A stretch of DNA of 64,000 bases from Yuukianura sp. NJ FZ-2021 (taxonomy: Eukaryota): contig CM102290.1 of NCBI GenBank assembly GCA_046563655.1, positions 6,944,001 to 7,008,000 of the forward strand, written 5' to 3'. Numbering within the stretch: the stretch's first letter is position 1; every line of letters begins with the position of its first letter. The notes below the pieces were generated by a model. It had not been told where the DNA came from. It saw only the letters and a program-made list of their open reading frames with translations, and searched no databases. A program made the translations under genes and the position numbers. This document shows, in pieces, positions 25,401-39,967 of this stretch.

Positions 25401-28400
25401 TCCGAACACAGATTCCTTGCCGCTCTCCACATCTTCACGCAGCTAGGACAAAAAGAAACAATTGTAAACAGTACTTGTTATAACTGATGAGTGGGGCTGG
25501 GGCAGGCAATTCTACTCCCGTTAAGCTCAAGTTGCCCCAAGTACTTATGTCACGACATTCTGGGGCAACTGGAGGTATGCTCCGACTGAAGTGGCTTATT
25601 ACCCCACTTATCATATAAATTGTTAATGTTACAAACGTATCTAACTACGATGCACATATATATTTGGCGTAAACTGCATGACAACTTATTAACTCACCTG
25701 TCGCACCCTCATTCGGTTTGAGCTGACTCGGAACACCCCGACTGTGTGAAGAGCATGTTGCTCTAGGTACTGAATACATTTTAGTACAAATTGCGGAACA
25801 GCGCCTTCATTGGCTTTTCGAGTAATCTAAAATTCGAAACAAAGTGTTAGTATAGGAACAATTAATTACTCTAGCCAAAATTAAACATACACTCTGTAGG
25901 CGATTGGCAATAAAACCTTGGCGGTGACGATACATACGATTTAAAAAAAAACACATGATCAAAATAGTCTAAAAAATGGAGTCCCTGTTCTAAAAATAAA
26001 GTCGGCCTTCACTACGACCGCCAAGGTAACCCAATTACTATCCATATCTTTCCTGTAAGCTTATTCTGTTCTCATCTTCTTTGTGCACTGTCTGTCTGGA
26101 TCCACTCAAATTTTTAAATAGTCTTTTCAAATTCTTAAAATAGAAATACGTAACACAAGATAAAAAATTAAAAGACAAGGCACGACCTTACCGAAGTTTC
26201 AGCATCGCCGAGACTACTGATTGCAACTGTGGCAAGTGGATCGGAACCTCCAGTACTGCCACGCTTCTGAAGAGCCAAGCTTTCTGTTGATCCAAGTAGC
26301 TTGAATTCAAGTTTTAGAAATTGTTAATTAACAGTTTTATTCGTAATTCTAATTAGCGATTTTGCAGTTTTAGAAACTTACCTTTTCCTTCTTCTTGCTC
26401 AGCGAAGTTTCTTGTGACAAGCTGTTCCGCCCACCGTTTTCGCATTGTTTACTTGACCTCTTCTGACTTCCATCAGAGTCTGTAAAGAATGTTGAGTGAC
26501 CCAACTTCGTAATTACTGACGTGGACTCGGCTTCAGCGCGTTTCTTGTCGTTCCGAATTGCTTCAGCCAACGATATTCCGAAGACATTTCCAATCGCAAT
26601 TCGTACTGGCGGTTCTGAAATAAATCCAAACTTCATTAAAACGTAATCAAACCCTCGTGAAACTAAAATGTGTTTAGCTGATGCCAATCTATTGTTGCTA
26701 AAATAAATAAAGAAAATGTCAAAGTTTCAATAAAAATATGAACAAACTTGATTTCCTAAGTGCAAGAAATCCACGGCTTTGAGGCCGCATTCCGTAGTGT
26801 GTTTCGTTTAGAAGAAGCAATACAATTACTTTTTTTTTGTGTTAAATTCGATTTGTGTGGATTTAAAAAAACGCTCAAGGAAAAATAACTCACTTGTAGA
26901 TATTTAATAGTTCTTTCCACATACTACACCAATCGAAAAGCAGTAAAATTTTTTGAATTTGGTGACCTTTTAAAATATCGCAGTAGTTAGTTATAGTAGT
27001 AGTAGGAAGAGAAATAAATTGGAATTGATTCACTTACCTTCTTTGCTTGCCGAAGACTCAAAAAATCCAGTTGACAATGCTTTCTTCTTTAGGACATAAG
27101 GCCGTCGTTTGGGTTTTACGGCAGCAACTGGTTTCGATTCTGCAATACAAAAAAAACGACATAAATGTCAAACGTTATGAACAATCCAATCGTAAACTGA
27201 TAGCTAACTAAGCAAACCTAAGATAGAATGTCAAAGTGTAACAATATGTTTAGTTAAAAAAGTACAGGAAACTAAAATAGTAGTTCAAATTGGCCATGTT
27301 CCTAGCTCCACGTGTTGATCAATGATTGAAGTCTTCGGTATGACGTAGGTTGGTTTAAAACTGCACACGAGGTTCACGGGATGACCTACTTCTAACAAAA
27401 GAATGTTACGTTTCCTTCAGATTCCTAAACGATTTACGAATTCTACAAAACGTCTACGTGTTTACAAACTGGGACGACTAGTGGCTAGCAGCAAGTAACT
27501 AACTTGAAGGCTAAAGTCGATGATTGGATAACCTTATCAACTTATATAACTGCATAAGTTCATAACATATAATAAGAACATAACAAACGTAATGTCCATA
27601 ACGTAAAATGCAACACAGACAATGACTTTAGTATCGTTCCATAGTCTGATGGCAGTGACAACATACCGTTACCAAGATAATCATTATGTTTTCTAACCTT
27701 TCGGAATTTTGAAGTCTAGACCTGGATTCAGAGATTTCACTTTGGCATGGATGATCTTCTGAAGCGCTTCCGTTTCGGTGGCATTCAAATTCAAGATATT
27801 TGTATCTGTTAGGTTGACGGTTTGACCCCCTTGACCGACCCATTTCCCGTTTCCCTGGAATGAAACAAATGACGGTTAGACAGTCGATACATAGCACTGC
27901 ATAATAAGTTATGATAATATTAGGTTACGTTAGTAATAAGTACCCTCACAGTTTCAGTATGATTCCTCCGGTTTTTAGATTTAAATATGGTCTTCGACTT
28001 CTTCATAATCGAGCGAAGCATTGTGAGTTATTAGAAAACGTTACAGACTTCAATTAAAAGCTAACTGAGATAAAGCGTAAGCAGTTTTAGAGTAAAACCC
28101 GTGGGACGTTACGTTACGCTAAGAAACTATGAAAGGATACTGCCTTAAATTAGAATAACTTGGAACTGGAAACAGTTATAATTGATGTAATAAATTGAAA
28201 CAAGCTGACAGGGTCGTTGACCTTTTAGACAAACTAGAAAAGACAAACTGTCGATTTTGGAAAGAAATCGGTTAGTAACCCCTCCAATTAGAAAAACTCA
28301 GTATTTAAACATTAGTGCGCAAACTGCTGACGTAACAAAATCGTCTACACTCTCATTAATTAGCTAGTTAATTGGAATACTAATCGGAGTAAAAAGTTAA

Positions 28401-31400
28401 TGTAAGTATAAAAAAAATCTTAAAGCTGAGGAAATTCGGGAAAGGGAACAAAGAATTAGATTGTGAATTTTAAACTCAAGATTTCCCGCCTCGCGGTTTT
28501 TAGCGTAGAGCCTCACGAAAAGGGTTTTTCTCTAAGGTATATGAACACTAACTTTATAATACTTTTAAAAAACTAACTTTTAACAAAAAAAAGTGCCTAA
28601 AAACGGTGAAAATGGAGTTCTAAAAGTTTGTGCTCAATTTCTAAAAGGAAATGCAGAACATTTGACCTACCTGTGGCGTCCACGCGCAGACAGGCGTAGA
28701 TCGCCCCGTACTTTTGGATCTACTTTTAAAAATCCTAGTTTTGGACATGAGTCGACTTCCAGAAGACGATGAGGCTGGACTGGGTCCAACCGTCGTAAGT
28801 CCAGTCGCCGAAGACGTACTGCCCCGCTTCTCTCCATGAAAGACGCTGGAGGATGACTTGGATTTTTGCATGACTGTAGAAGGAGGGTCATTTGTCAGTG
28901 TTGTACTTGAACTTTCAGCGCTACGAATCTCGCTCCCACCCCCACGTTTCCCGCTCCCCACTCGCCTCAAACTGAAACTAAGCCCTGAATTCCCACTTCC
29001 ACCACTACTGCTTTCGCTGACCTTCGTTCCACCACTAGTACCACTGGACTTTCCATAAGACGAAGACCGTTTACTCAAAAAACTAGAAATACTTTCTGCT
29101 ATGCCACCACTAGAAGTTGGACTGGGAGAGTAGACAGTAGGGGCTGACGAACTGGGGTCAGCCTTCTCACGTCCAGCACTTCCCTTACGTCTTAGCCCAC
29201 TAAAAAATTGAACGGGGCCACTCGAGTAAGTTGGAATGTGTCGAGACATTTTGCCAGAAGAGTCTGAATGTCCAGGTTTCGGGGATATGGTGGGTGTGGT
29301 CGGTGTAGACGACGAGAGTGACGTCTTTGGTCCGACATAGTCCTTGGGGTAGATGAAGGGAGACGGAGACGCGGATCCTTTGGATCGCATTTGAACAGCG
29401 CTCGAGGATTTTTTCAGCGTCTCCGTCATATAGCCAGAGGATCCAGAACTAAGGTAGGATGACTGTTTCTTGGATTGAAATGTCATTCCTAGGTCACTGA
29501 AGTCAGATGACAAACGATGACGGTCAGGTCCCATTTCTGGAGGATTATACTGACACTGGAATGAAGGTGGACCTGAAGAACTGGCATCGTCACATGCTGA
29601 TTGACAAAAAAATTCTGAAGCGTCACTGCCGGTTGCAATGGAGTAACGCGGACTCATAACGTCGCCAGGGGAGTCGGATGAGCCGTAGTAGGATGACATG
29701 AAACTGCCCTTGCGCATTGGATTCAAATTTCGCAGAAATCGGACGAGAGACTCCCCTGCTTGGATACCAATTGATGGAGGTGGGATTACTTCTGGCGGTG
29801 GTGGTGGAGATAGCGGTGGGGAAGGACATAACTCAGGACTGGAAATTTCCGAATGTAAAGATGGCGGAGAAGGCACTTCGTCAGCTTTTTGGTCAGCAGA
29901 TCCTGGGGTCAACGATCCACTTTTCTTTTTCTTTCCATCACTTCCCGAACTTTGTTTTTTAGTCTTAGGCGGCACGGCTTGACTTCCTTTTCTTGGTTGC
30001 TCCGACTGAGCTTTCGAATCACTAGTTGTTCCCCCACCAGCTACTGCTGACTCTTGACCTTTCTGTTGTAGTGCTAACGCTTTGTTCTTCTCGTGTTCCA
30101 GAGCTTCCTCTACAGTGACGTTCTTGGATTTAATGTATCGCAGCGACCTATCATAGTTGACAGTCTTAAACTTGTCAATGGCCTCTTTCGTGTCAGGTTT
30201 TGAATTTTTGCGGACCATACGCAGATAGCGCATGACAGTGTCACTAATGGACGACGAATACCCACTTTCCTCTGACTTTTTGTCTTCTGCATGACCACAA
30301 GGACTTTCCAAAGAAACTTTGGACTCTAGACACTCAGTCGGTGACGTCTCGACTCCAATCGCTTCCTGACCTTTAACCTCCCGCAATCTCAGCGCTTCCG
30401 CTTCTTCCCGTTGGAGCTGCTCTTCGCGAACAGATTGAAGCCTCAACCGAATCAGAATTTCTTCTGGAAAAGGTTCCGTTTGAATGCCGGTCGTCCGATA
30501 ATACTTTTGAATTCCTGGTCCAACCGTAACAACAGTATAACTGTCAGAAGATGGCGATGAAGTCCACGTCGTGTGTCCATGCCCTGAAGAACCTGGTGGC
30601 CTCCAGAACGACTGTCCGGCGCTAAGAATAGAAACGACCGAGGATGCTCCAGAACTACTTTTCCTTGGCGGGAATTCTCTGACAGTCATTTGCTCTTCAT
30701 CGAGATCGTAGTCATCGTAGTCATCCATCAAGTCCTCATCTTCTGGCGAGTAGTATTCGAGAAGCTCTTCACATCGTTTGGACCGAAGCGACTGGTCAGT
30801 AGCCGTATGCGGAGTCTCGGGCGTTTCCGGACGGCCAAGAATTGACGAACTGGACGAAGTTCGTCTTCTTTCTGCCCTTTTGTCCTTGAATTCTTTTAGC
30901 GCCGGCCCTGACAGACCCTTCGGCCTGGTCCTCGTCCAAAGTAAAAATTTCTTTTCCTTTTGGCACATTTGCTCAAAGCCTTCTTCTGTCGCTGGAATGT
31001 CTGGCTCTGGTTCAGAGAGTGGTGCAATACCGCTACAAATGCTTGAGCGTATGGCAGCGCTGTATCGCTTATCTTGTGACGGTGGCTGAACAGGTTCATG
31101 GTAGCTCGTTGGTGTGTAAGCTGGCCAAGCATGGACATGGGTTACCGTGGTGCCACTAGTGCCGTACCCATGACTAGCAGGGACAGAGGCAACAGTTGTA
31201 GTGTAACTGTGTCCAGCAGGAACAATACCGCAGGAGTATGACGCAGTCGTTGGACCAGGCGTAGTGGGTGTATGTGGACTGCTGAGTGACGAACTTGGAC
31301 GGCGTGATGTGGACGGACCGGTTGGACTGTTACTTCTTGTTTTTTCTTTATGTTCAGGTAACAACGCTCCGACGGCATCCGACATATAACGCCAGGTTTT

Positions 31401-31559
31401 CCGTGTTAGCAACCATCGTTCTTTTTTACTCCCGCTTTTTTTCTTAGATTTGGAAATGCCGCTGGAAGTCGCTTTGTCTTTAAAGGACGATCGACGCGTA
31501 AGTGACGGAGAGCGACTCGATGAGCGCCGAAGACTCCGTCGATGTTGTTGGAATTCCAT
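22442..31559 (-). CDS. Rho GTPase-activating protein, ARHGAP6/RhoGAP102A-like; multi-exon with a 2.9-kb Ser/Pro-rich first exon (31559-28671)
   Basis: GAP-domain exons encode VPQFVLKCIQYLEQHALHTVGVFRVSSNRMRVRQ (arginine finger intact, ~25700-25825), VHDVAALLKEFLRDLPEALL (~25270-25440) and NKMDSCNLATVIAPNL (~24680-24965). The N-terminal exon carries WLLTRKTWRYM and ends CAWTPQ|gt. The last exon is Ser/Thr-rich and ends at 22442. The subfamily call is from memory. Confidence 0.88.
25486..25613. repeat. Small intronic element with nested inverted repeats (possible MITE remnant)
   Basis: Outer pair TGATGAGTGGGG / CCCCACTTATCA and inner pair AGTTGCCCCA / TGGGGCAACT, inside a RhoGAP intron. No clear TSD. 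Confidence 0.4.
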
Positions 31560-34500
31560 GTTGCTGTTTTTTAATTCCCAATTATAACGTCATTTGATGG
31601 GTATTTTGGACGGGTTGTAGTAAGAAATTGAATAGGAAGAAACTTTCTTCTGAGGCTTCTGACGGAAACAACTTTCTTTCTCTGAAGGGCCTCTCGACAC
31701 ACACTTTGATGCAATGTGTGACACTTAGAATGAACAAAATAGAAAAACTTGTAACGGAATTTGAACCGTGAAATTCCGTACAACGATGACTAGCACTTCA
31801 GATGGCGTGTACGCGAGGAAGCGACAACATTTTAATTTGACTCCACGAGGGAATACAGTTACAACGCCATAAACAAAAGTTTCAACGACGCGGTACGCGT
31901 GGCACTTATTGACCTCTACCAAACCTTTTTTTTTCAAGGAATTTTGTATTGATTTTCACCCATTAACCCAAAACTTTTTAGTTTTGCAAACTACACAAAC
32001 AATCACTTTGAAACTGATTCAAAAAATGTTTGAATTGGATTTTTAAAATGGCGTTAAATTTTTGAGGAGCATCCTAAGTCATGGCTCTGCTCCTACTTTT
32101 CTAAAACTAAAGGCATAAAAAGCCTATAACGCCTTGGAAGTCGAAGATGTAGCCAACAAAAAAGCCGAAGAGAGAGACTCCTAATTTTAAACTCTCGGAA
32201 GAGTTTTTAAACTTTAAGTTTCTTCAAGTTGTTCTTTTGCAGTTTGTTTAAAAAATGTGGGCCCACAAGTTATAAGTGGAAAGGAAGAGAGGAGGAGCAG
32301 AATGTGGCAAAAATAGAAGTCTTGAATTCTTAGGGAATGCAAAAATGGAACAAGAAAATATATTCCGTATTGCACTGTTTACTTTCTCGTTGCTAACATT
32401 GATTTCCAAAGTACAAATATATACGAAAAACCACAACGCCACCTTCCAAAAATTACACAGGACCAGTGGTGGTAGTGGGATTCTAAATTCTGAAACGGAA
32501 ACAGTCAGAGGCCAATCAAGCAACACGAGGTAAAGTAATTCCTCTAGCGCGCAAAATCAACAATCGCCATTTTCAAACTAACCGCGCGCGTGCTTTGAGA
32601 ACTGTCTAAAAATTCTCTAATCCAAAATCGTGCAATGCGAACGCAAACAGAACTCACCGCACTGCCTCGCAACTGTAACTTATATATTGAGTTTGGTTTT
32701 GATTTTTTGAAAAGTTGTTTTTTTTTAAATAAAAAAGTGAAATGATACAGTACATTTACACATGGCTTGACGAAACGATGAGAACGGTGGAGCAGAGATA
32801 GGGAGTGGAGATGAGCAGGCGACATCTGACGGAGGCATCGGTGTAACCGGATTGTTGAGTTCACCCGAACGATTTCGCAGAAAGCCAATCAAATGCATTC
32901 CCGAATTTTCTTTACTTTTTGGAACTATTAGAAAATCGTTTTTGGAAATTTTTTTTTAATGAAAGCAAAAATTTTTTAGAATTGTGAAGGTCAAAAGCGG
33001 GAAATAACGAACAATAAACTGACAACACCCAGCTTCCAAAACAGTCCGTACAAGTGGACAAATTGTGTTGCGCCACAAATTATTACTTTTCTTCAGAATT
33101 GTTTGTTTAAAAATTCCATTGTTCTAAAAAAAGACTGCAATAATATCATGACGAGGAGAAGTTCATAGATTCGTTCATTGTTACTTTCATTCCTCTTTAC
33201 AACCAAGATGTGTCTTAATAAACCCATTAAAATGCGTAACTAATTTAACATTCAATTATATCCATAGACTAATTTGTAATTCCTAAAACAGACGAATTTG
33301 TTAACAAATAACTACTAATTATCCAAATAATTTATCCATGTTAAGTAACCCAGGCTTAAATCCCTTCATCAGTAAATTCAATTCAACAACCAACAATATT
33401 TTCACTCTGAACACAGCTACAAAAATGTTCTTCTTTGATCAAAGTGTCAAATTGGACTTACAACTCTAATAAGAAATTTTTTAGAGAAAAAATTTGAACT
33501 GTTTCGACAGGTTTCATGTTGCTTTTGAAATGTTTTGCGGGAATTTGACCATCGATTTTGTCCAGGAACAATGAATTAATTGAACTTAAAGCCAAACTCA
33601 CGTCGAGAGAAGAAAGCTCTGATGGCATCCATGGTGTCCACTGGAAGCGCCAAAGTTCAACTTCAAAAACTATGTTGATGCATGAGTTTGGACTCATTGG
33701 GGACACTATTCAGCAATTACGTACTTGTCACGAGGAGGTTGGTCAACATAACTTTGTATACTCCACCCGAGTAGGTAAACAAAAACATAGGCTGGGAAAT
33801 GTGCTGGAAGTATCCAGCATCCCCGCGCGGTTTCCCGCGACTGAGAGGACTAGAGGCTACATGCTGAACATTGTCAGCACACCTCATCCACAGAATGATA
33901 CATGTGGAATCCATTTGAATCTTCCAGACTTGTCACCAAATTCAAATCTCATAAAACACGACCTAGCCACTCCCTCGTTCCCACCGCTCCGCCCTGGAAT
34001 GACTAAACACTTTCCAGGAAATGCGGCGGGCACCTTCACTACCAACGTCTAAAACTCAAGTTTCATATTTAAGAAATACTGGAGTTTTCATGGATCGTGT
34101 TATGCAGCGCAGGCGTATAAGAACTTTGTCGTACTTTGTGATGTAATTAGGCTAAATAGTTACCAGAACGCTAAGAACTTACGTAAAATAGTTGCTAAAA
34201 CGAGTTAGAATTTTCAAAAAAAATAAGTTGAAAAGTATGCCTACGTGGATTTGACTAACAAAGGGATCTGAAGATATACAGTACAGAGATGAATTCTAAT
34301 TTGAAATTGGAACTGGGTGTCGAATGGCAAATAATTGTATCCAAAACACAATAGAAGGTTTAAAGACGAGGGAAAATTCAAACCGTGATGAAAGCTTAGA
34401 AAGCCCACTAGAGAGAAAGTCGAGGCGGCACAACGTAACAAAACCGCCTCATAACCAAAGAATTGGCAAATGTGATTCCTTGACCGGCTTCTTTGTCGCA

Positions 34501-37362
34501 AACAATATTCCAAACAATAGAATATTCGATTTTGCCAATAATATAATACAAAAATTACGGAGGTTTTCTCTCAAAAGTCAACTTCAACTTGGAGCCAATA
34601 AGTTCAAAGTACTTTTTACAACAGCATTTTTTCAAACTTCGCATATGCATCTGCGAAGTATCACAAGTGCCCAAGTCAAAAGCAAACACCTTGGATCCCA
34701 CATAATGACTCTGAACAATTAAATTAGTTTTACTCAATTACTAGTAAACACAATTTAGCCACGTTATGTGAACATAACCAACTCATCAGTACTTTTTAAC
34801 AGAACGCAAAGAAGCCCTAGGACGATGAAAGTTTTTTTTTTAAATAAGTAAAAGTTTGCTAGCGATTTGGATTGCACATTGCATTGCGGATACTCGATGT
34901 CGCTGTTGTTTAGTTTGAATTTTGGCGCTGCTGCAGTTGACCTCTAGCGGGAAACGACTTGAGTCAAATGTAATGAAACTGTATAACACTCGTTTGTCGA
35001 GTCATGAAATGTTGGCATATGGTTGGATTTGCAGACACACGACAACGTACGGCCTCCCTGAGAGTGCCAAAGGCCTGAAGACGCTGAAATTAGACTTGGA
35101 TATTGGAATGGGATGACGACAGGAACCTTGTGTTCAGTTTGCAATTGAAACTTTGGGACCGAAGGCCAGTCACACCGCCACAAGTCGCATGAGCGCTTGC
35201 TACCCGCGTTCTAAATTTGAACAATATCCAACCACACACACTGCCCGAACATCAGACCTCTTACTCATCCCCACAGAAACAATTCCTAGACGCAGACTCA
35301 CTTCCTCTGAACTGTGCAGTACCAAAATTCAGCAGTGATTGCATTTTACCAAAAACGGATCCAAGGAGGTTGATTTCAATCCCAAAACCACGCTGACTAA
35401 AACAACAACGTCTTCAAATTCCTGCTGTTCCACCAAACTACTCTGCTTGGGACACAAAAATTAGTCATAATAAACGATCGATCGTCAACATTTGTAGTAC
35501 CACTTCTGTTTTTGATGCTAAAAGTACAGAAACTTTGAACTCCAACTTTTTCTCCACCGAAAAAGTGTAGCAAAAAATTAAATAAAAATATTTAATTTAT
35601 GGAAAGAACTTTTTTCAATAGCGAAACTGGCATTTTCAGTGGGGAAGTATTTGCAGCATCGAAGCAAAAAAAAAATTTCGCGCTCTTAGTTTCAGTTTAG
35701 CCCTGAAATGTACCACAACTTTGCGCTCCATATTAGCTTGCAGAATTTCGCGGTCACTGATTTGCATCGACTTACAGTTTTTGGTCATAGTAATGGATCC
35801 AGGACTGGCAAAAACGCCCATCAAGACTCCGATTCGAAGTGAAATGGACGTAGGATTGTATTAGCCGAATGGTTGTCACCGACAGGTTAGAACTATTAAC
35901 CATACAATGTCAACTGATTCCTCCATTCACAGGCATTGGCACAAGTTGAACAGTTCACTTTCCAAAGAACTACTTTTTCTTAAATCCAAGCAAACTTTTT
36001 TTTAGTCAAAACTTATATTCATCATTCGAAAAACTTTTTGAAACTGTTAGCTGTACTCCTTGAATGTGATTTTGGAGAAAGTAGGAAGTAGGAAACGTTC
36101 AAAAACTGAAGTCCGTTCCTACTTTGGGTAACACTTATTTTGGTTGTTGTTGACTGAATTTTCCATTGTGGTGAAACAATTTGTTAAGTTATGATTTTCC
36201 ATTTTAGGAAAGCAACACAACTTCCAAGCTATCCAAAAACGAAGCGGACAGGATGACGATGACACCTCTGCGGCCAAGTTAACCACAGGAACAGTCCACA
36301 CTTGCCCAATACATCCCTCTTGTAAATGTAATTCCTCGTTTGGATTCCAGGACAACTGGAATATGACACTGGTCAACTATTTCTACACGGCGTCGTCGCA
36401 GACACACTCAACCGTCAACAATGCAATTCGCTTTGTTCTGCAAAAATGCTCAAGAAGCGGAAGAGGAGAGAAGGCTTCAAAGAAATTGTGAAAATCTTTT
36501 TTTAGAATTTCAAAAAAATTTTTAGAAACTAGTTGAGCACTACTGGTGATGTTTTGAGAGCAAATGATGGAAAGAGTGAAACTCGACTGAATTTGCCAAG
36601 AACTTGAAGGGGAAAAAGGAACTGAGCCATTTGAAGACACCCGTCTTGATTACCAAAATAAAAAAAAAATGAAGTTTCAAAATGAAACCGAGAAAGTCAA
36701 GCTTATAAGAAACCAGTGTTCACTCCAGTCATACAAATCCGCCACTTTAATTTTTTTTTAAAAACTATTTTCAAGGATGCTTAAAACAACACAGTTGTAA
36801 TTGTACAATCATTGTTTTGAATTTCTTTTGAATTTAAAATAGATTTAGTTTGAGTTCCAGCCCTCGGCTGCTTTTTATTTTTGCAAAAAAGTGTTCCCAA
36901 TTTTTCCAATTTCTGAATGGTTCTTAGAAATTTCTAGTTCATTCATTAGAAACTAAATAATTGCTTATTATACAACAAAGACGGAGTAAACTAAACTAAA
37001 TCATTGAAATCTAAATTAGTAATTGTTGGCTACCAAATAAAATTTTAACTTAATTTATAATTTCTGACTAGTGGAAGTATAGACAGTTTTTTAAAAAAAA
37101 AAAACCTCAAGCGTCTCATCTTTTACGCTTAATCCTGCGGTTAAAAAAGTTACACTCATGTATTGCAATACAGCATTAACATTATTAACAAATATTAGTC
37201 ATAGTCACGCCTAGTGATGCCTAAATATTACATTTAAAAGTTCTAATACTGCATATGAAAGTTTACTGTCAGTGACTAGGCTTGATCATTCAAATTCCAA
37301 TTATAAAAAGAAAAGTAGAAATTAAAAAAAAAACACTTGTTTCTGTCGTAAATCAGCTCACC

Positions 37363-38834
37363 ATGTCCCTGCGGTAAGTCTAGATTCGTTTTTGGAAGTT
37401 TAAAACTAATCAATATAATGTTCCAATTATAATAGTAATGTCTTATTTTTTAGCGAAGGAGTTTTGATTGGATTGGGTCAGCCACTTCTGGACGTAATCA
37501 AGAGAGTGGACACTCAATTCCTGGAAAAATACAGACTGCAACCGAATGATGCTATTCGTGGATCGGCCTTCCACTACGCCTTGTTTAACGAACTTTACGA
37601 AAGTAGTGACGTAGAGTTCGCTGCTGGAGGCAGCATAGTCAATACTCTGCGGGCAGTACAGGTGAATACGTTGTGACAAAGCATTAGTGGATTGAAACCT
37701 AATTCTAACCCTGACTTTCAGTTAGTATTTCTGTATCTTCAAGGAAATTATTAAAACACCAAGGATTTGTACGATGCTTGGAACTATCGGTGATGACAAA
37801 CGCGGCAACACATTGCTCACGTCTGCAACCGATGCTGGAATTAAAACGCACTTTCAAGTTGTTCACAACGAACCAACGGGAGTATGCGCCGTACTGCTCA
37901 ATGGAAGCAACAGATCGCTATGTACACTTCCTGGAGCATCAAACGCCATGACAGATACATTTTTGACAGAATCTCGAACGGTAGCCATGATGAAAGATGC
38001 GCAATACTTCTATGTTTCGGTAAATTCAAAGTTTTGCTTGGCAATTATTTTTTTTAGATTCATTTTTGTTTTCTATTTTTCAGGCGTTTTACTTGGCCGC
38101 TAAACCAGAGATGGTCATACAGTTTGCAAAATTTGCCAAAAGCAAAGGAGCCCGCTTCATGCTCAACCTCGGGGCGCCATTTATTGTGACAAAACACGCA
38201 TCTAAAGTGCAGAAACTGTTGCAGTATGTGGATGTAGTGTTTGGAAATACCGAAGTGAGTTTAGATTCACAGCGCTTTAAATGTTGGTGGATTACATTCA
38301 ACTTTACTACTGTTTTTATGCAAATACGTAGTAATCGTTTTCCAGGAAGCTAGAGCCTTTACGAATTCACTGGAAACTGGCTTCTCTGATGATATCCAGC
38401 AAATTCTAAAACTTTTATCCAAGTTCAGTATCAATACAGACGAGCAACAACCTCGAATTGCGGTTATCACAAACGGAGAAAAGGATGTTAATTTAGTAGT
38501 CGGTACGTTCTGGTTACGATTTGAGTTAAACGTATACACTTATCGTTTAACACCATATTCAGGGTCCACCATCTACCCACACGCTGTTCCTCCAATTAGA
38601 GCGAGTGCCATCAAAACTACCAATGGCGCTGGAGACGCTTTCGTAGCCGGTACTACGTAACATATTTTGTTGGCAATAATGAATTTTGTTGTCCTTATTT
38701 TAATATCTTGCGTTATTATTTTTGACGCAGGGTTCTTAGTTGGTTATATGCAGAATTGGAGTTTACCTCTTTGTGTCGGCGCCGGAATTAGCGCGGCTTC
38801 AAATGCAATCCAAGGATTGCCCATATCAATTTAA
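37363..38834 (+). CDS. adk: Adenosine kinase-like protein (PfkB/ribokinase family), ~7 exons, divergent
   Basis: Encodes MSLR|..EGVLIGLGQPLLD..FLEKYRLQPNDAI..AAGGSIVNTLRAVQ, GTIGDDKRG..PTGVCAVLLNGSNRSLCT, MLNLGAPFI, YVDVVFGNTEE and the C-terminal anion-hole motif TTNGAGDAFVAGFL. Confidence 0.9.
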
Positions 38835-39460
38835 TTTGAACTGATCGTTTTCACCGTAAATGTGTTGGAAGCTCTGTTCCATGAGGTTGAATTTATTGAA
38901 ATTCTATTCAGCAAAAAGAAGTTTTAAATAAAATAATACTGACTTTGACGATATAGTATGGCAACGTCAATTCGCGGCTGAATTTTAAGCGATGGTCTAG
39001 GTAAAAGATATTGTTCGAAAAATAACATTTTAATCTAATTAACAATTCACAATTCGAAAGTAAAATTGACACTTTTAATAACTTTCATCAATATTGTAAA
39101 CGTTATTGTGCCTACGCGGTTTCTCATGTTCGTGATCATTGTTCTCTTTACGAATCATGCTTATCGGCTTATTTGTTAATTTTATTAATTTTATTTTGTT
39201 AATTTGTTACGTGCAGGGTAAAATTGACGAACACTGAATACAAGTAAGTCAATTCAAATTAAATTATTGAAAGAAATGCTGGAATTATTAATTTAGTAGT
39301 TTCAAAAGCTGTTTGGAATTTAGTTTATCCACAAATGCAGGAATTTTGATATAGATAAGGAAGCACATACGCGTTTTGTTGTCACGTGGGTCACCAGAGG
39401 CGGGAACCAAACAGCGCGGTTAGGTAAAAATATTGTTTTTACTACATTTGACATGTGTCA

Positions 39461-39601
39461 ACGGAAATGCTTCCAGAGTTAACTTTCACTGACCCCTAAA
39501 CCTAAAAAAAGTTAAATTTTTTTCAACTTTGATGACCTCTGGAGAAAGTCCAATAGTTAACTATTGGTGAAAGTGAAAGTTAACTCTGGAAGCATTTCCG
39601 T
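39461..39601. mobile_element. 141-bp MITE with perfect 30-bp TIRs and a 9-bp TSD (Mutator-like)
   Basis: TIRs are ACGGAAATGCTTCCAGAGTTAACTTTCACT and AGTGAAAGTTAACTCTGGAAGCATTTCCGT. CATGTGTCA flanks the element at 39452-39460 and 39602-39610. Confidence 0.9.
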
Positions 39602-39967
39602 CATGTGTCAAGGTGTCAAGACTTGTTTGTTGTTTCATCACTTGTTTCGCTTTCAGCAGTGATTTTTAAGTAATTGGTTTTTATTCACAACACTAACAGC
39701 GTGCGATTCAACAATCGAGACAACCAGAATACATATAGTAATAAGGTTATGGAATGACAAGAACTGGCGACAATATTATCCAGAACCGGTAAACATCTCT
39801 ACTTAGGAATCCAGTTAACTAGTCAAGTCAAGTGATAATTCGATGTTTGCCTTGAAGTTGCTATTCTCTAAATAGGCGAGTTCGATTTTGGTAACTTTTA
39901 ACATGCAGGTTTGAAATATCGCAATTCGCAATAACCCTGCTGATCTTGTCTTGCTTAGGTGCAGGAC

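Noticed and set aside
33558..34722. Plus-strand ORFs of 164 and 132 aa upstream of the RhoGAP
   Set aside because: No domain signal or exon structure. Likely non-coding or antisense to RhoGAP 5' exons.
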